A stretch of DNA of 61,531 nucleotides, counting the filler, from Sphacelaria rigidula (taxonomy: Eukaryota), in assembly GCA_964200075.2 (NCBI GenBank). It is 6 parts of 6 records of this genome, joined end to end, with 100 filler letters (N's around TTAATTAATTAA, not from the genome) between each part and the next. Parts side by side here need not be neighbours in the genome. Positions count along the whole stretch, not along the records: positions 41,092 to 51,261 come from CAXNAA020006993.1; positions 51,362 to 61,531 come from CAXNAA020006994.1; 4 more parts are not named here. One strand, written 5' to 3'. This document shows positions 48,908-61,364 of the stretch, in pieces. The notes beneath the pieces are model-generated. The model was given only the letters and a program-made list of their open reading frames with translations. It was not told the DNA's origin and ran no database searches. The stretch's first letter is position 1. The number at the start of each line of letters is the position of its first letter. Position numbers and translations under genes: made by a program.

Positions 48908-49566
48908 GGCTGTGTCTGAGCACATGGTTTTTTTTATCATTAAAAAATTGTGGTGAAATTGATTTGAGTGAATTCGTTCATTTCTCGCGAGTTTGGTCCA
49001 AACGAATTCGCAAGCAATCCATCGTAAAAAGACAGTGAAATTCGTGAAGTGGCACTTGTTCGCTTGCCTACAGTACTGCACTGTACTGTCTGCGCTGTAT
49101 CCGTACAGTGTGCCTGAGTGTGTGTGAGTGTTTCGTACAAGAGGATGTGAAAAAGAGCGGGGCAACATGCATTGCAGGCAGCGCAGGACTAGCTGTACTC
49201 TCTGCTTACAGTGCGACGTGAAAATAACTTGAACAACCTGCAGCTTTGTACTGCCTGCACTCTCCATGAGTGTAGGCAAGTCGGTCGTCCGCCCTACGAC
49301 GCAGTTCCGTCGCCGATCCCTACCATGAAAGAACATGCTCAACTTTTCACCGACTAACGATAAAGATATCATACCCGACTACTGCATTGTATATGTCTCT
49401 GTGCTCAACTCATGCTCTATGCTGCAGGGTTGCGGTGGTAGCTGAGGAGGATTCGTGTGGGGTTTGCATGACTTTGTGAACGGGTGGCATCTGGTGTGGT
49501 AGTCTTCAAGATAGGAGTCAAGTGCCCCTTCATACCTTTCCTTTGTATATTTTCGCTCGAAAACGC

Positions 49567-50093
49567 CGAGAGCAGGCCGGGTAGGGTATGTATTGTTGAA
49601 TACTCGGGAAAAATACCCGGGTACTCAATTTACTCGGGGTTTGGGGAGAGTGGGTACGGCCTCAAATACTCGACCCGAAACTTGGGTAGATTGGGTACAA
49701 TCTCAAATACTCTACCCCAATATTGGGTAAGTACCCTCAGCAATACTGGAATATAGAGTATCACTTAAGTATGACTTCAATACTCCACCCAAATATCGGG
49801 TAGATTGGGTACGGCCTCATATACTCTACCGAAAAATTGGGTATATCGGGTACGACCTTAAATAGTCTACTCAAAGTTTGGGTAAGCACTCTCAGCAATA
49901 CCTGGGTATAGAGTATCACTCGGGTATGACCTCAATACTTTATCCAAAATTCGAGTATGTTGGGTATGACCCGTAATACTCTCCCCAAACTTTCGGTAGA
50001 TTGGGTACGATTTCAATACTCTACCCAAATGTCTGGGTACCAAAAATATGAAATACCGCGTATTGGGTATATACCCTACCCGACCTGCCCTTG
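49567..50093 (+). mobile_element. Complete TIR element (MITE) with an internal array of ~40-bp sub-repeats
   Basis: TIRs CGAGAGCAGGCCGGGTAGGGTAT and ATACCCTACCCGACCTGCCCTTG, with about 10 internal degenerate units. No clear TSD. Confidence 0.8.
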
Positions 50094-50613
50094 CAACGTT
50101 TCTCTCTCTTTCGAGAAATCAAGCCTTAAAAATCGTGGATTTGGTGATTCGAACCGACGATGATTCGTCCGCACCTTGAAAACATAACAAGAACATTTTT
50201 TTTCGGGAGATTGAAGAGATCCTGACACGTTCCTAGCCTCTGTGAACGCTCAACGTGTTGCACTGATGAAAAAATGGGAGGAATATCTCAGGTTTCACTA
50301 TCTAGGAAGTGTACGATGACCGATTTGGACGCCTCAAAGACATTCCAGAGACATCGGAAACTATCTGCTTATCATGCACACGACTCACTCTCGTGCACAG
50401 CGCTGTAGCGATGACCACAACGCCCCCCGAGGCACTCGGATTTGTGGGGAAAGTGTATTGGGTGTGTGTGCTCAACAGTACGCGTTATGCGTAACATCGC
50501 AAGTTTGAGCCATGATTTCCAGTTTGAAACTAGTATCGAGCGTAAATCTCAACGTTTCAACTTTGACAATACTCCTCGGAACGATGCAAGGATGGGGGGA
50601 GGGGGAGGGGGAG

Positions 50614-51261
50614 CGTACTTGTTTGTGGCTTGCCTTAGTCGTCTGACCGTTGACCACGCATCTCTGGCGAGACGTAGCACCGTTCGTGCTCCTAATCGAG
50701 ACACCTCCAACATTCTGGTTCTCAGTATTTTTCTTTCGCAGCTCATTACGTTTCTTCCATACATTATACAAAAACCTTTCGCATATCTTATCCCCGTCCT
50801 GTTTCGCCGTCTCTGGCCACCATCTATCTCCTAGTATAGCCATCGTTTTTTCCCTACTGTCTAATGCATCAAACGATTTCAGGCCACCTTTGTTCACGTC
50901 CCGCATTTTCCCCTCTACCATGTTCCGTTCCTCCTTGTATAGCTCATATTCTGTCACTATATGACTTCTGCTTTCTACTGCTTTGCCACATAGGCAGTTC
51001 TGTCTATCTTCTTTCTCCTCCTTTCGACGACTGGTACATATCTTTCTTCTTTCTGGCAGGTCTACGTCCCCCACCCGAAATCGCAGTTTCATCTTTTTCG
51101 CTGCGTCCATTGGCCCATGCAAATATGCTTTCACCCCTATCCCCTCTCTCCACCCGTATATCTCCAGGTGTTGTTCCTCGTCTACTTTGCGTCTGAGCGC
51201 TCCTTTTCCCCTTATTTCTATCATATCTCTTACGTTTGCCTTCTACCCCGCGTCTTCATCT
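50614..51261 (-). mobile_element. LINE-C ORF2 C-terminal region, cut by the contig end
   Basis: KLRFRVGDVDLPERR...CLCGKAVESRSHIVTE(Y/C)ELY is a CCHC-type C-terminal knuckle typical of non-LTR ORF2. ILGDRWWP...FLYNVWKKRN follows. The element ends GTACG and then a C-rich tract. Confidence 0.85.
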
Positions 51262-51361
51262 NNNNNNNNNNNNNNNNNNNNNNNNNNNNNNNNNNNNNNN
51301 NNNNNTTAATTAATTAANNNNNNNNNNNNNNNNNNNNNNNNNNNNNNNNNNNNNNNNNNNN
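51262..51361. other. Artificial contig spacer
   Basis: N44-TTAATTAATTAA-N44. Confidence 0.99.
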
Positions 51362-51564
51362 TTTAATCCTCCGGGTTCTCATCCTCAATGAAAAGCACCA
51401 TCCTCAACATAAATGATCGGCTGTTACGAGGAGAGCAAGTTATTCCAAGGCGTCAACATCCGCCTAGCCCTCTTTTCGGGCGTAAATCGACGGAAAAGGG
51501 TCCAAAAGGCACTTTTCGACAGGGATTTTGAACGGCTCCCATTAGAGTTGGCTTTGGCACATTA

Positions 51565-51713
51565 TTCGATCGAGAACGTGCGGTGGAAAAGGGAAACTCC
51601 GATCTGATAGGTCGTATATTTCCTTTCAACCATCATCGTTGATTCTAAAGATGATTGAAATCATGACCTATCAGATCGGGATTTTTGTTTTCCACCGCAC
51701 TCTTTCGATCGAA
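51565..51713. repeat. Foldback/MITE-like inverted repeat (~50-bp arms)
   Basis: TTCGATCGAGAACGTGCGGTGGAAAA...CCGATCTGATAGGTC pairs with GACCTATCAGATCGG...TTTTCCACCGCACTCTTTCGATCGAA. Confidence 0.85.
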
Positions 51714-52183
51714 GAACGATGTGCTCAGACATGGCCTTATTTTGCTTCTTGGGCTATTCCTGTATGTAAAAGAAAAACTCTTGAGAAAAACGCGTTTTCT
51801 GATAAATGATCAAAAACCCACCTCTTGACACCTTTGAAGACTTGCTCTACTAGCAGGGGGCAGCGTTAAAACAATTCTCGACATGTAGGCCCCAAGATCG
51901 AAAATTTGAGTGTTTGAGAAGGGGGGGGGGGGCACCCAGCCGTCTGTCCCCTGGTTTATTGCCGAAGCGTTGGCGGATGCGGTCAGCTGCCGTGGACAGA
52001 GATCCTTGGCATGGAGTCCTGAGGCCATCGAGACAGAGAGCGCAAGGTGCAGAAGCAAATTTTGTACAAACCCCGCAAAGCCCACCAGACTTTTCGATTT
52101 TTGTCAGTGTTCATTGATCAATTTCTTCCTAAAAAAAAAAACTGGGCAATTTTCGAAAAATGCGCTCCGGCATCTGAGGTCAT

Positions 52184-52397
52184 CGGTGTTATGCGTGAGA
52201 GGACCATGTGCTTAGAAGACCGCATCGTAATTTGAACATCCCTATGGTCAGGGTTAGGGTTAGTGTTGCGGGGTTAGGGTCAGGGGCGTGGTCCCTGCAG
52301 GAACTGGCCTGATTGGTTTTGAAAAATGTCGAACCTGGGGTGTTTCAAGCTACGACGCGGTCCCCTAAGCACGCGGTCCTCTCACGCATTACAATCG
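52184..52397. mobile_element. TIR element (~60-bp arms) with central TTAGGG-like repeats
   Basis: ATGCGTGAGAGGACCATGTGCTTAGAAGACCGCATCGTA pairs with TACGACGCGGTCCCCTAAGCACGCGGTCCTCTCACGCAT. The core is GGTCAGGGTTAGGGTTAGTGTTGCGGGGTTAGGGTCAGGGG. Confidence 0.75.
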
Positions 52398-55293
52398 GGA
52401 CAGAGCGGGCAAGGAGTAAAAACAGATATACGAACCACGCGACCACCAGACTTTGCGGTTTTTGTCAGTGGTGATTGATAAATTTCTTGCAGCAACATTA
52501 ACAGAAAATAATCAAAACAATTTCTTGCAACGAAGTTGACGATTTTTCTTTTTTTCGAAAAAATGCCTCCGGGGGTGGGGGGGTGGAGGGGGTGGGGGAG
52601 GACTACATGTTCGGAATTTTTCTCCGCGCTCCCCCCTGCTACTACTAGTAGTTGAGGCGGTTCCAGGACATGTTCGCACTTTTCCGGTGGCAGCAGTTTT
52701 TATTCAGTTCTTGAACGTCCTTGACCATTCTTGACCGTTCTTGGACAAATACCCTTCCGGCCAAAATATATACTGAGGCCACCGGAAGACGCGAAGATGT
52801 CCTGGAACCACCTCGACGAGAAGAAGAGAAGGTCGTTCCAAGGTTTCAAACTCCGCCTAGCCCTCTTTTTAGGGCGTAAAACGACGTAGGCGGTCCAAAA
52901 GAGCACTGTTCTTCCAGATTTTGTTTTCACCTGTTATTTGAAAAAAACATATTTGTTTTATGCTCCGAAAAGGCTTTTTATTACGGATAAAAAACACATG
53001 ATAAAAATGCCGTCTTCCGATGAACCGTTTTTCACCAGATTTTTCTGAAGCCTCCTCCTTATTATGTTATACGGACGATTTCAAAATAAAAAAGCAGTTT
53101 TCGCCTTCTTCTAACAGTCTTGCGCGAAAAAAGAAACAAACGAAAATACACCGGAATGCCCGCCCTGTATTTATTTGTGACTGCCCGCACTTGTTGTTGT
53201 TGTTGTTGTTGTCTTCACATTAAAAGCCGTTCCGATATCTGCGCGGTACATTGGTACTGGGCATCTTATGCGGACGCCTTCCGTGGTCACAGGCTAGCAG
53301 AAGAAACCAAAATTGGCCACAAGAATCATTGCACTATTGTACGAAAACTTTTCTTGCGCATTTACTTCTCGACCGGCACTTTCTACGATGCCCCCCCCCC
53401 CAAAAAAAGTGGCTGGTTTGGGGAGGCAAAATCTACACGTAAACCAATTTATTCGTGAGATTGAGAGTAACAGATCGGATTGAGAGTCAACAATTTATCC
53501 GAGAAGGGTCACATGCACCAAATGGTAGGATTTCGAAAAAATCTGAGGTTTGTGTTGGCGGATGAGTGATGCCACGGTAGGGGTTGCACTTTATTAGTAG
53601 AAATATTTTTCGGAGTGTTTGTTGGACGGGTCATTTTGAGAATCGGCATCATTTTTACTTCAAAAAGACTGAACATGATGCCGATCCACGAAAAGGCCCC
53701 TGCGTGCATCTGTTACAGATTTATTAGTCATTTTCCAGCCGACTAGTCTCCATGTATCATATTTCGTTATGCTTGGTATCTGGTGGGTAATCTACGTTTT
53801 GTGTCCTAAACTTGGCCATGTGTTTACAAAGCTTTTTTAGGACTGATCTCAACAAGTACAGCAGCTACTAGCCTGTTCGACGATACTACAAGAAGCATCT
53901 ACGCCATCTACGGACTGCGATATCAGAGGTGTCTCTGGTCTTCTTGTAATGTAAGCCTGACTTCCCTGCAACGGATGTTGTTATAACATCCTTGCTGGCC
54001 AGGTGCATGCCACTCGACTGTATGAACATCTGTTGACTCCCTGACATGTAAGTCGAACTCAAACGAATCGATACCCTTGAATGTGGTTGAACACGACTTC
54101 GCGGGTGCCCACGGATTGGCACCCTTCACCCCTAGACGGTAACCATCGATTCGTGACACATATCCATGTTTCTGGAAGTCCGGACCCCGGAGATTCGGGT
54201 TGCACAGTAAGCCCCATGTTTTTGGGCTCCGACAAAAAAGAGACCCACAAACAAAAATTGCAACCCTTATCGTAGCATTGCTCGGATGACGAATTATAGG
54301 ATCAGGATCATGGGGTGGCGGATGACGACACAGCAGGATGGTAGGGGTCACTGTGAGAGAACAAAGGCGCAACCCCACAACTCCCAGTCGTGGTCAGTTC
54401 AAGCCCAAAAGCACTCCGCGCTCGCCAGTGCTAAGGCAACGAGCATTGAGGTGTGCAAGACAATCAAGTACAGTACAAGTGGTGGTTCTCGAACGTGTCC
54501 TAATCATTTCGGTACAACACAACACGACAAAACCGGCGCGAACACCCACACAAGCAACAGCAGCGCATAATAGGGAGTCGGGATCGGCGCCTCAACAGCC
54601 ACTCTCCTCAAGAGGTTGAGTTGCGCTGCCCACAGGACACGAGATGTAGGCTTCCATGACGCGATGTCACTTATCCAGGTGCAGCAGGGGCAGCAGCCGC
54701 CACCGCGGGAGGTGCGAGGGCAACGGGATTTGAACCTGCCGACTACACCAACGACCCAACAAAACCGATTTTGAAAATTCAAAATTGAAAAAATCAGCAA
54801 TGGGGGTTGGTGGAGAGTACAATCAAGGAAGGGTGGGGGTGGGAGCGAGGGGGGGGGGAGGAGGAACATGCGGTAACAGCGCCGAGGGTTGGCTGAAGGT
54901 GCGGGCCCTGCTGCTCAGCGAAGGGGCCGATCAAAAAGCTTTTTGTATCAAGCACGGCCGAAGAAGAGCTCGTTGTGTCAAATCTTCGTTCACTGACCCG
55001 CACAGGTCGGTGGGCATCGCTGGAACACCTCGACTTGGCCCGGGGGTTCCACACTTCTTGGTGAGGATAGAAGTACCAACGCAGCACGCTGTAGAGGCGG
55101 AGTGGACGTATACCCCATCGATAACACGTTACCCCAACCCCTCAGTACTATTTGCATGAGTAGTTGACTCAGTTGGGCATATCAGCCCGTTGTATTTACG
55201 TCGTGGTCGCAGGTTTATCGCTCCAAAGATGAGTGAAAACTAGAATTCAGAAAGATCGGTAGGAATTACCCGCGGCCTAAACATTGACAGTAC

Positions 55294-55552
55294 TGTAACG
55301 CCTACCAGAAGAAGAACTGGCGCATCACTGCTGTTGAGGGATTCCCCAGTCTCACTGGCCTCAGTTTCAGTTGTCAGCCTCTACAACATCTCATTATCCG
55401 GAGTAGCCTTGTAGGTACAGCCTCTTAGACTCTCATCCCTGTGTCCCCGGTTATTATCCACAATTTTCCCAGAATCCTCCAGAATCCCCGTGCCCCCAGT
55501 CATTATCCAAATCATCACTACCAACTCAACGTAACGGCGGAATTTCGTCACA
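55294..55552 (-). repeat. 3' LTR
   Basis: TGTAACG...CGTCACA, roughly 85-90% identical by eye to 60912-61178. A G-rich PPT-like tract is adjacent at 55553-55565. Confidence 0.95.
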
Positions 55553-55626
55553 GCACCCCCACAGCGCGTTGGACCAAAATCGATCAACAAGCTTGACACA
55601 TGGAATACGCCAAAACAATGAGCAAG

Positions 55627-58600
55627 TCACAACTGAATACCGAACTCACGCGTAATGCGAGCAGCAACGGCACGAGTCACGCGCAATTTACGCAACTCCT
55701 TCGTGAGAAACTCCAGAGCGGCCTCAAAAATATTGAAAGGCTCCCACGTACGTTCCTCAATTTCGAAACCAACCCAGGCGACCAACACGATCAACGAACG
55801 ATCGTCTGCTTCTGCCACTCGGACAATACCAGGCATCTGAAGTTGCCCCTGATTAAAAGCGTGCTGGAACACGTCCTGAACGTCAGCCGTAAGATCAAGC
55901 TGCGAGTCTGCATCAAAACGCAAACGAGCTACATGGGCGGTCTGAGCACGACCCGACACAATGTTTTGGATCTCGAACACATGCAGGTGGTGAGCACCAA
56001 CCACTCTCCATGGACCAGTGCACGTCGCCATCAAGTTGGGCGTAACGCCCGGATGACGCACGCGTGCATACACTATGCCTCAGAATTCGGCAGTTCCAGC
56101 CCCGACGAGGACCCCTCACGTCTACGCGCACGTTCAGTGGGAACCCCCTCCTGCACTTGAACGTCGAAACGTTCTTGCAAGTCCAAGACTCCTTGCAATG
56201 CACGCTTAATTTGACCATCATCCAAGACATCACAATTCCATTCCCCCACCGACGAAGACGCCAGCACCAAGAAAGACGTCCGAGGAGCACGACCAAACAT
56301 CACGTGGTGCGGCGTACTATCGTAACGACGACGATACGCTGTATTAAGCGCCCATTTCCGCGCAAGCAACACGTCCACCCACTCGGAAACCGCTCTACGC
56401 TGCTCAAGAACAATAGAGCGAAGAGCATGAACTACTTCCTTGACCATGCGTTCGCACGTGCCGTTAGACCACGGAGAATACGCTACCGCAAACCGGTGAT
56501 CGACACGCAAAGCCTCTCGCAATCGGGCCAAGACCGCATTTTTGAAGTGCGCGGCGGTATCACTCACCCACACACGCGGCACCCCCAAAGGTTTGCACCA
56601 ATTAAGCAAAGACGTAGCAGTCGATTCAGCAGTACACACCGCTGCTGGTTCCAGAGACACGAAGTTGCTCAAACCATCCATGGTTACCAAAAATGTATCG
56701 AAACCCAGCATCCTTCGATAAACCTTGGGAAGCTAGCGGGCCACTCTCGCCCACGTACAAGAAGCCAAAATGAGCGACTTCATTCGGCATGGTCCCATGC
56801 ACTTTTTTTTTGCACCGAGCGGGCGGGGAACAACATCGCCCGCCCTTGAGTCAGCACAGTGAAGGCACTGGCGGACAAACTCGCGCACATGAGTTTCTAT
56901 CCCCTGCCAGACACAAAACGCTTGCGAGCGCACGAGCGTCGCAGCCACACCACGATGCCCGGCGTCGCGCATGTGCGCGCCAATCATCCATGAAACGTTT
57001 CGGCCACGCACATGCACACGAAACAGGCATGTACTGTCCAAGATAACAGTACCAACGTCCGACTCGAAAGATTGCACATCCGCATCTTCGACCCCGAGGT
57101 CTTTTCGTTGCGCTTGGCGGACAACGGATTTGGACGGCATCGTGTGATCAGGTGCACACGGACCATACACAGCCACAGCGCGCACAGGCAAAGCCAGAAT
57201 ATACATCCAACGCGAAAGCATGTCACCCCACGCGTTACGGTCACCCGCAATGTGGCAAATCGAGTCACGATACTGGCTAAGAACAGCTTTCCAACCCTCC
57301 AAACGTTGTGCCAACGCCTCCGACACAGACGTAGCGCACGCGTCCGGGTTGAAGATCTACACGAGATTGTGGTGATTCGTGAAAAGGTGTACACGTTCCC
57401 ACAAAAGATGCTCTAAACGACGAAAAGTGCTCACAATAGCAAAACCTTCCTCGTCAATTGTGGCCCGACGCAACTGCAAACCGTTGAAACTACCACTGAA
57501 GAAAGCCAGCGGTTCATGCGTCATATCCTCGACCGGCAAGCGTCGTTGCATTTTAACTTCAGACACCTGCGTTATAAAACCACCTCAACAGCACTCAGAT
57601 GCATCCGGAAACATTGACACCTGACAATCAGGACGAGGATGGAGCAGCGTCACAGCATGAGCCATCAGATCCTTCGCTGCCGCCCACGCCTGTAGCCTGC
57701 CCTCCGTCCACGATGCAGGCGGAATAGCGCGGTTTTTCGCCACACGCTTCGTCCGCCTCGCAGCACCCGCCATGAGTTCTTCGAGGAAAAAACGCGAGGG
57801 AGCTACGGTTTCTGCCATACGCGGCAACGAGGTACGCAGCCAATTCACGGCCTGAGGTATTTGCATGAGTTCTGCGACCGTCTCCGGGCGCCGCATGTCA
57901 GACAAGCCTTGCAATCTGACAGGGTCATGAGATATGCGTCCGTGCGAGTATACTTTCCCACACCACTCGAGTTCACTAGCGAAAAAGGTACACTTGTGCG
58001 CCGCCGCAAACAAACCAACGCTCTCTAAACGAGCCAAGATAGCATCGAGCGTGTCTAAAAGTTCGTCTTCTGTGTCCCCGGAAAAAACCCATCATCTACC
58101 CATATCTTGTATTTTAAGTCGACGACAAGTTTTGTCATGATGCCTTGAACATATGCCGTGGGATTCAGCACGCCTTGCGGCACTCGCTTCGGAGTAAACA
58201 AGCCAAACGGAGTCGTGATTGTGAAAATTTCCTGCGCCTCCTCCGCCAACGGTATTTGCTAGTACACTTGGAGGAGGTCCAACTTGCCAACCAAACGAGC
58301 ACTCAACAGATCACGCATTTCCGACGCTTGCTTGGGCATCACACCCGGCGACTTCTCAACCTGCTCGTCCACGGCCTTGTGATCGCTTACCAGGCGAAAC
58401 GAGTCCTTCTTCGGAACCGCCATAGCCGGACTGGACCATACTGCCTGCAGGTTCCGGAGCACCAACCCGAGCGCCAAAAGAGCCGCCATGCACGACGCCA
58501 ACCAACTCGACTTCACCGGATCGTGCCGCCGTGGCTTCGTCTTCACCGCGAACGCCCCAGATGTTAGCTGAACACGCATGGGCTCCACGCGCGCTGGGGG

Positions 58601-59651
58601 GTCACCCCGCAGCGCACGACGAAACGCGTTGACGCGACGGTGCAAGATGCCGCGCAGGCGTTCCGCTTTGGGGATGCTGAGGCCTTTCGTCACAGCATTC
58701 GTCACGCTCTCCCCCAGCGTGATCTTCCGAGCGGACTCCTCTTCCGCCGGACCCATAAACATATCCGGGCCTCGCTCCACCAAGCGTTCCACTGTCTCAT
58801 CCCGCTCGTCGGTCACCTGCCCCCCAGCCTCCTGAAAAGCATCCACCGACAAGCTCACGCGACGACTGCCCAAAAAGGCGGGCGTCTCCACGTGCGGACC
58901 AAGCGGAGGCATCCGTGCCTTGATGGAATCCCACAGCCGCGCATACGGGTCGACTCCAAGTTCCTGAAGCGTTGACAAGCCCAGGAGAATGACTCCATCC
59001 GACCCCGGCATGATCGCAAACGAGATCGGAGGCAACGGCGCCGGTCTCCAGGCAGTCTTGCAAGCCAGCTGCGGCGGAACAGTACGTTCCGTGACGGAAA
59101 CGTGCTGACCCGACGCGGTGACGGCCCGCCGCGCCGCGAGCGAAAACGGGATGTGTAGCGGCACACCCGGGAGAAGACGCTTCAACATCTCTACAATCTG
59201 CACCGACAGGCTCGTGAAATGGGCACCAGAATCCAACACAGCCCGAACCGCAATGGCTCCACGCTCCCATTGATTTGGAAGACACAGCTCCGCAGGAACG
59301 CATTTGTCCGCAAACTCCACTGGCACTTCATCCGCCGACCGATGCGCCGCTAATTTCACTTGACGCCACGGCAAGGCAAGCTGCGCAGGCGAAGACGCCC
59401 CGGCAGATTCAAACGGCACCGCCGGCGGGTACGCCCCCCAGCCAGCAGACCAAGAATTTGGCGAACCTCCGACCAGCGCATCAGCAGGCGTCGCGCCTGG
59501 CGCTGCCGCCGGCATCGCCACCGGCGCCACCACCGACGCCGGCGCAGTGTTCGACTCTGTAGAAGTCGGTCCCACCTGCACCGCCCGTTGAGGAGCAGCA
59601 GCACCTACGGCGGCGTCGGATTCAGAACCAGACCCATGCTGACGCTGCTGC

Positions 59652-59683
<32 letters not shown>

Positions 59684-59794
59684 AGTGCTCGACTGCGACC
59701 CTCCACCGCCAGAGGATCCGCCGCCGCCGCCACCACCCCGATCACCTCGTCCTTTACCCTTGTGCTGACGACGCTGATGGCGCGCGGCATGAGA
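55627..59794 (-). pseudogene. pol: pol pseudogene
   Basis: PR: AVLDSGA (~59230). RT: WSSPAMAVPKKD, KLDLLQ, RVPQG, WVDD (~58095). RH: FPDAS, EPLAFFSG, FTNHHNL. IN: H...GHRG...CLHC, WVSD, YSPWSNGTCER. Chromodomain: LVAWVGFEIEERTWEP. Several stops and frameshifts. Confidence 0.95.
59645..59682 (-). repeat. (CAG)n microsatellite, poly-Gln in the gag-pol frame
   Basis: A (CTG)n run on + that is in frame with ORF 58259-59581 on -. Confidence 0.9.
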
Positions 59795-60608
59795 CTACCC
59801 AAAATCTCCACCGGAAGACGTTGGGCAATCGCGCGCGTAATGGCCGGCCTGGCCACATCGGTGGCAGGTGATGATCGCGGCGCGGCCGGCCGATTTCGAG
59901 CCGTGGTGGCGCAAAGACTTCGGCGTGGATGTGAACGACTAGTCGAACACCTCTACCTTCCGCCACACCTTGGCCTCGGCCACGACGGTGTCCATTACCA
60001 GGTAAGAGTCGGCCTTCCAATTTGTTTCGTGTCGCAACAACTTAACACGCACGGCTTGCTTAAATTTTTCCGGCACCAACCCCTCCACCAAAGCCTTGGT
60101 GATTACTGCAGCCGGATCGGGAATGAACTCACCCTCGGGGGAATGATAATACATGTTCCATGTTCAGATTTTTCGAGAAGTATTTCTCCAGATTGGACAG
60201 GATTGGTTCCACCCGATCCAGCGCCGCCTTTCCCCGAGACTCCATGGCGACAGCATTCGCCACGGTCGCGGACGCTTGGGTCAACTCCGCCCCGGCACCC
60301 GCCACATGCCCAGCATGGTCTTTGATCGCCGCAACCAACTGCGGCGGGGTTATTGTGCTCTCATCCTGTTCCACACGAGCAAACACTCTCTGCACATGTG
60401 TCGGCACCTGTTGAGCCATCGACACTACCTGATGTCGCACAGCACCCCCTGCGTTAGTGTGCTCCACACGCTTCCTGTACTCCAAGTACTTGATGTAGAA
60501 AGTGCGAGATACACTTTCGGAGTACCTATCCCCGTATTGGGGAGGTCGGATCTCTTCCCGCATAACCACGGGCGTCACGCTGGACGCAGCACGGGAGCCG
60601 GTCGCCAT
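59795..60608 (-). pseudogene. gag: gag pseudogene
   Basis: ORF pieces 60129-60608 and 59939-60154. An intact zinc knuckle CHRCGQAGHYARDC lies at 59866-59825, in the same frame as pol and separated from it by one TAG (59797-59795). Confidence 0.85.
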
Positions 60609-60911
60609 AACAGCAGCCGGCTACCTGCGAACCTTTCGCAGGCCAGCGGACCGTCGCAAATTGCACACTTCACTCTTGCTTCGGCGCCGCACCACACAGT
60701 CGTAGGAGCCTCCAAACTCCCGCTGCACGCAGCTTCAGCAAGTCTCCAGTCTGGATCAATCACAAGCCAACCGCCGTTCTGTCGATCACCTCAGCTTGAA
60801 CCCCCTCCACGCGTCCGTGGTGAATCAGGTTGTCCTCAGCTACCAGACTCTTCCGCCGAAATTCTTCCAGCAGGTTCCGCTAGGTACTAGCTCTCGCATT
60901 AATATCGATAT

Positions 60912-61178
60912 TGTGACGCCAGCTAGAAGAACAACTGGTGGATCACTGCTGTTGAGGGACTCCCCAGTCTCACTGACCTCTGTTTCATTTGTCACCCTCT
61001 ACAACGTCTCATTATCCGGAGTACCCTTGTAGGCACTGTCTCTTAGACCCGCAGGGTATCATCCCCGTGCCCCCTATCATTATCCAGAATCCTCCCAGAA
61101 TCCTCCAGAATCCCCGTGCCCCCAGTCATTATCCCGATCATCACTACCAACTCAACGTAACGGCGTAATTTCGTCGCA
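60912..61178 (-). repeat. 5' LTR
   Basis: TGTGACG...CGTCGCA, a direct repeat of 55294-55552. Confidence 0.95.
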
Positions 61179-61298
61179 GCGCTGATGATACTCAGCCCCC
61201 GAAATCGACACCAACACAGCAATGTCCACCGCTACCAACAGCCCCGAGGAGCTTTCCCTAACACAAAAGTGATCCCCTCCTCCCGTCCCCCGTGGTGA

Positions 61299-61364
61299 TG
61301 CTCCGTCTCGAAAGGGATGCGTGGTCAATGGTCAAATGACTAAGGCAAGCAACAAATGAGTACG
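61299..61364 (+). mobile_element. 66-bp 5'-truncated LINE-C copy with a perfect TSD
   Basis: Flanked by TCCCCCGTGGTGA at 61286-61298 and 61365-61377. The match extends to 15 bp if the CG shared with the element end is counted. Confidence 0.92.

Larger units (their letters stand above)
55294..61178 (-). mobile_element. Full-length decayed chromodomain-bearing Ty3/Gypsy retrotransposon (5885 bp)
   Basis: Two LTRs with TG...CA ends enclose gag-PR-RT-RH-IN-chromo on the minus strand. Flanks GTAC/GCGC may be a decayed 4-bp TSD. Confidence 0.95.

Noticed and set aside
48590-50093. Possible CRISPR-like or iteron array
   Set aside because: These are degenerate contiguous units bounded by TIRs, with no unique spacers.
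52246-52286. True telomere
   Set aside because: Only a few degenerate units, internal to the contig and enclosed by inverted repeats.
59360-60890. Long + strand ORFs (321 aa and 245 aa; also 56064-56849)
   Set aside because: These are GC-rich antisense shadows of the minus-strand gag-pol, with no motifs of their own.
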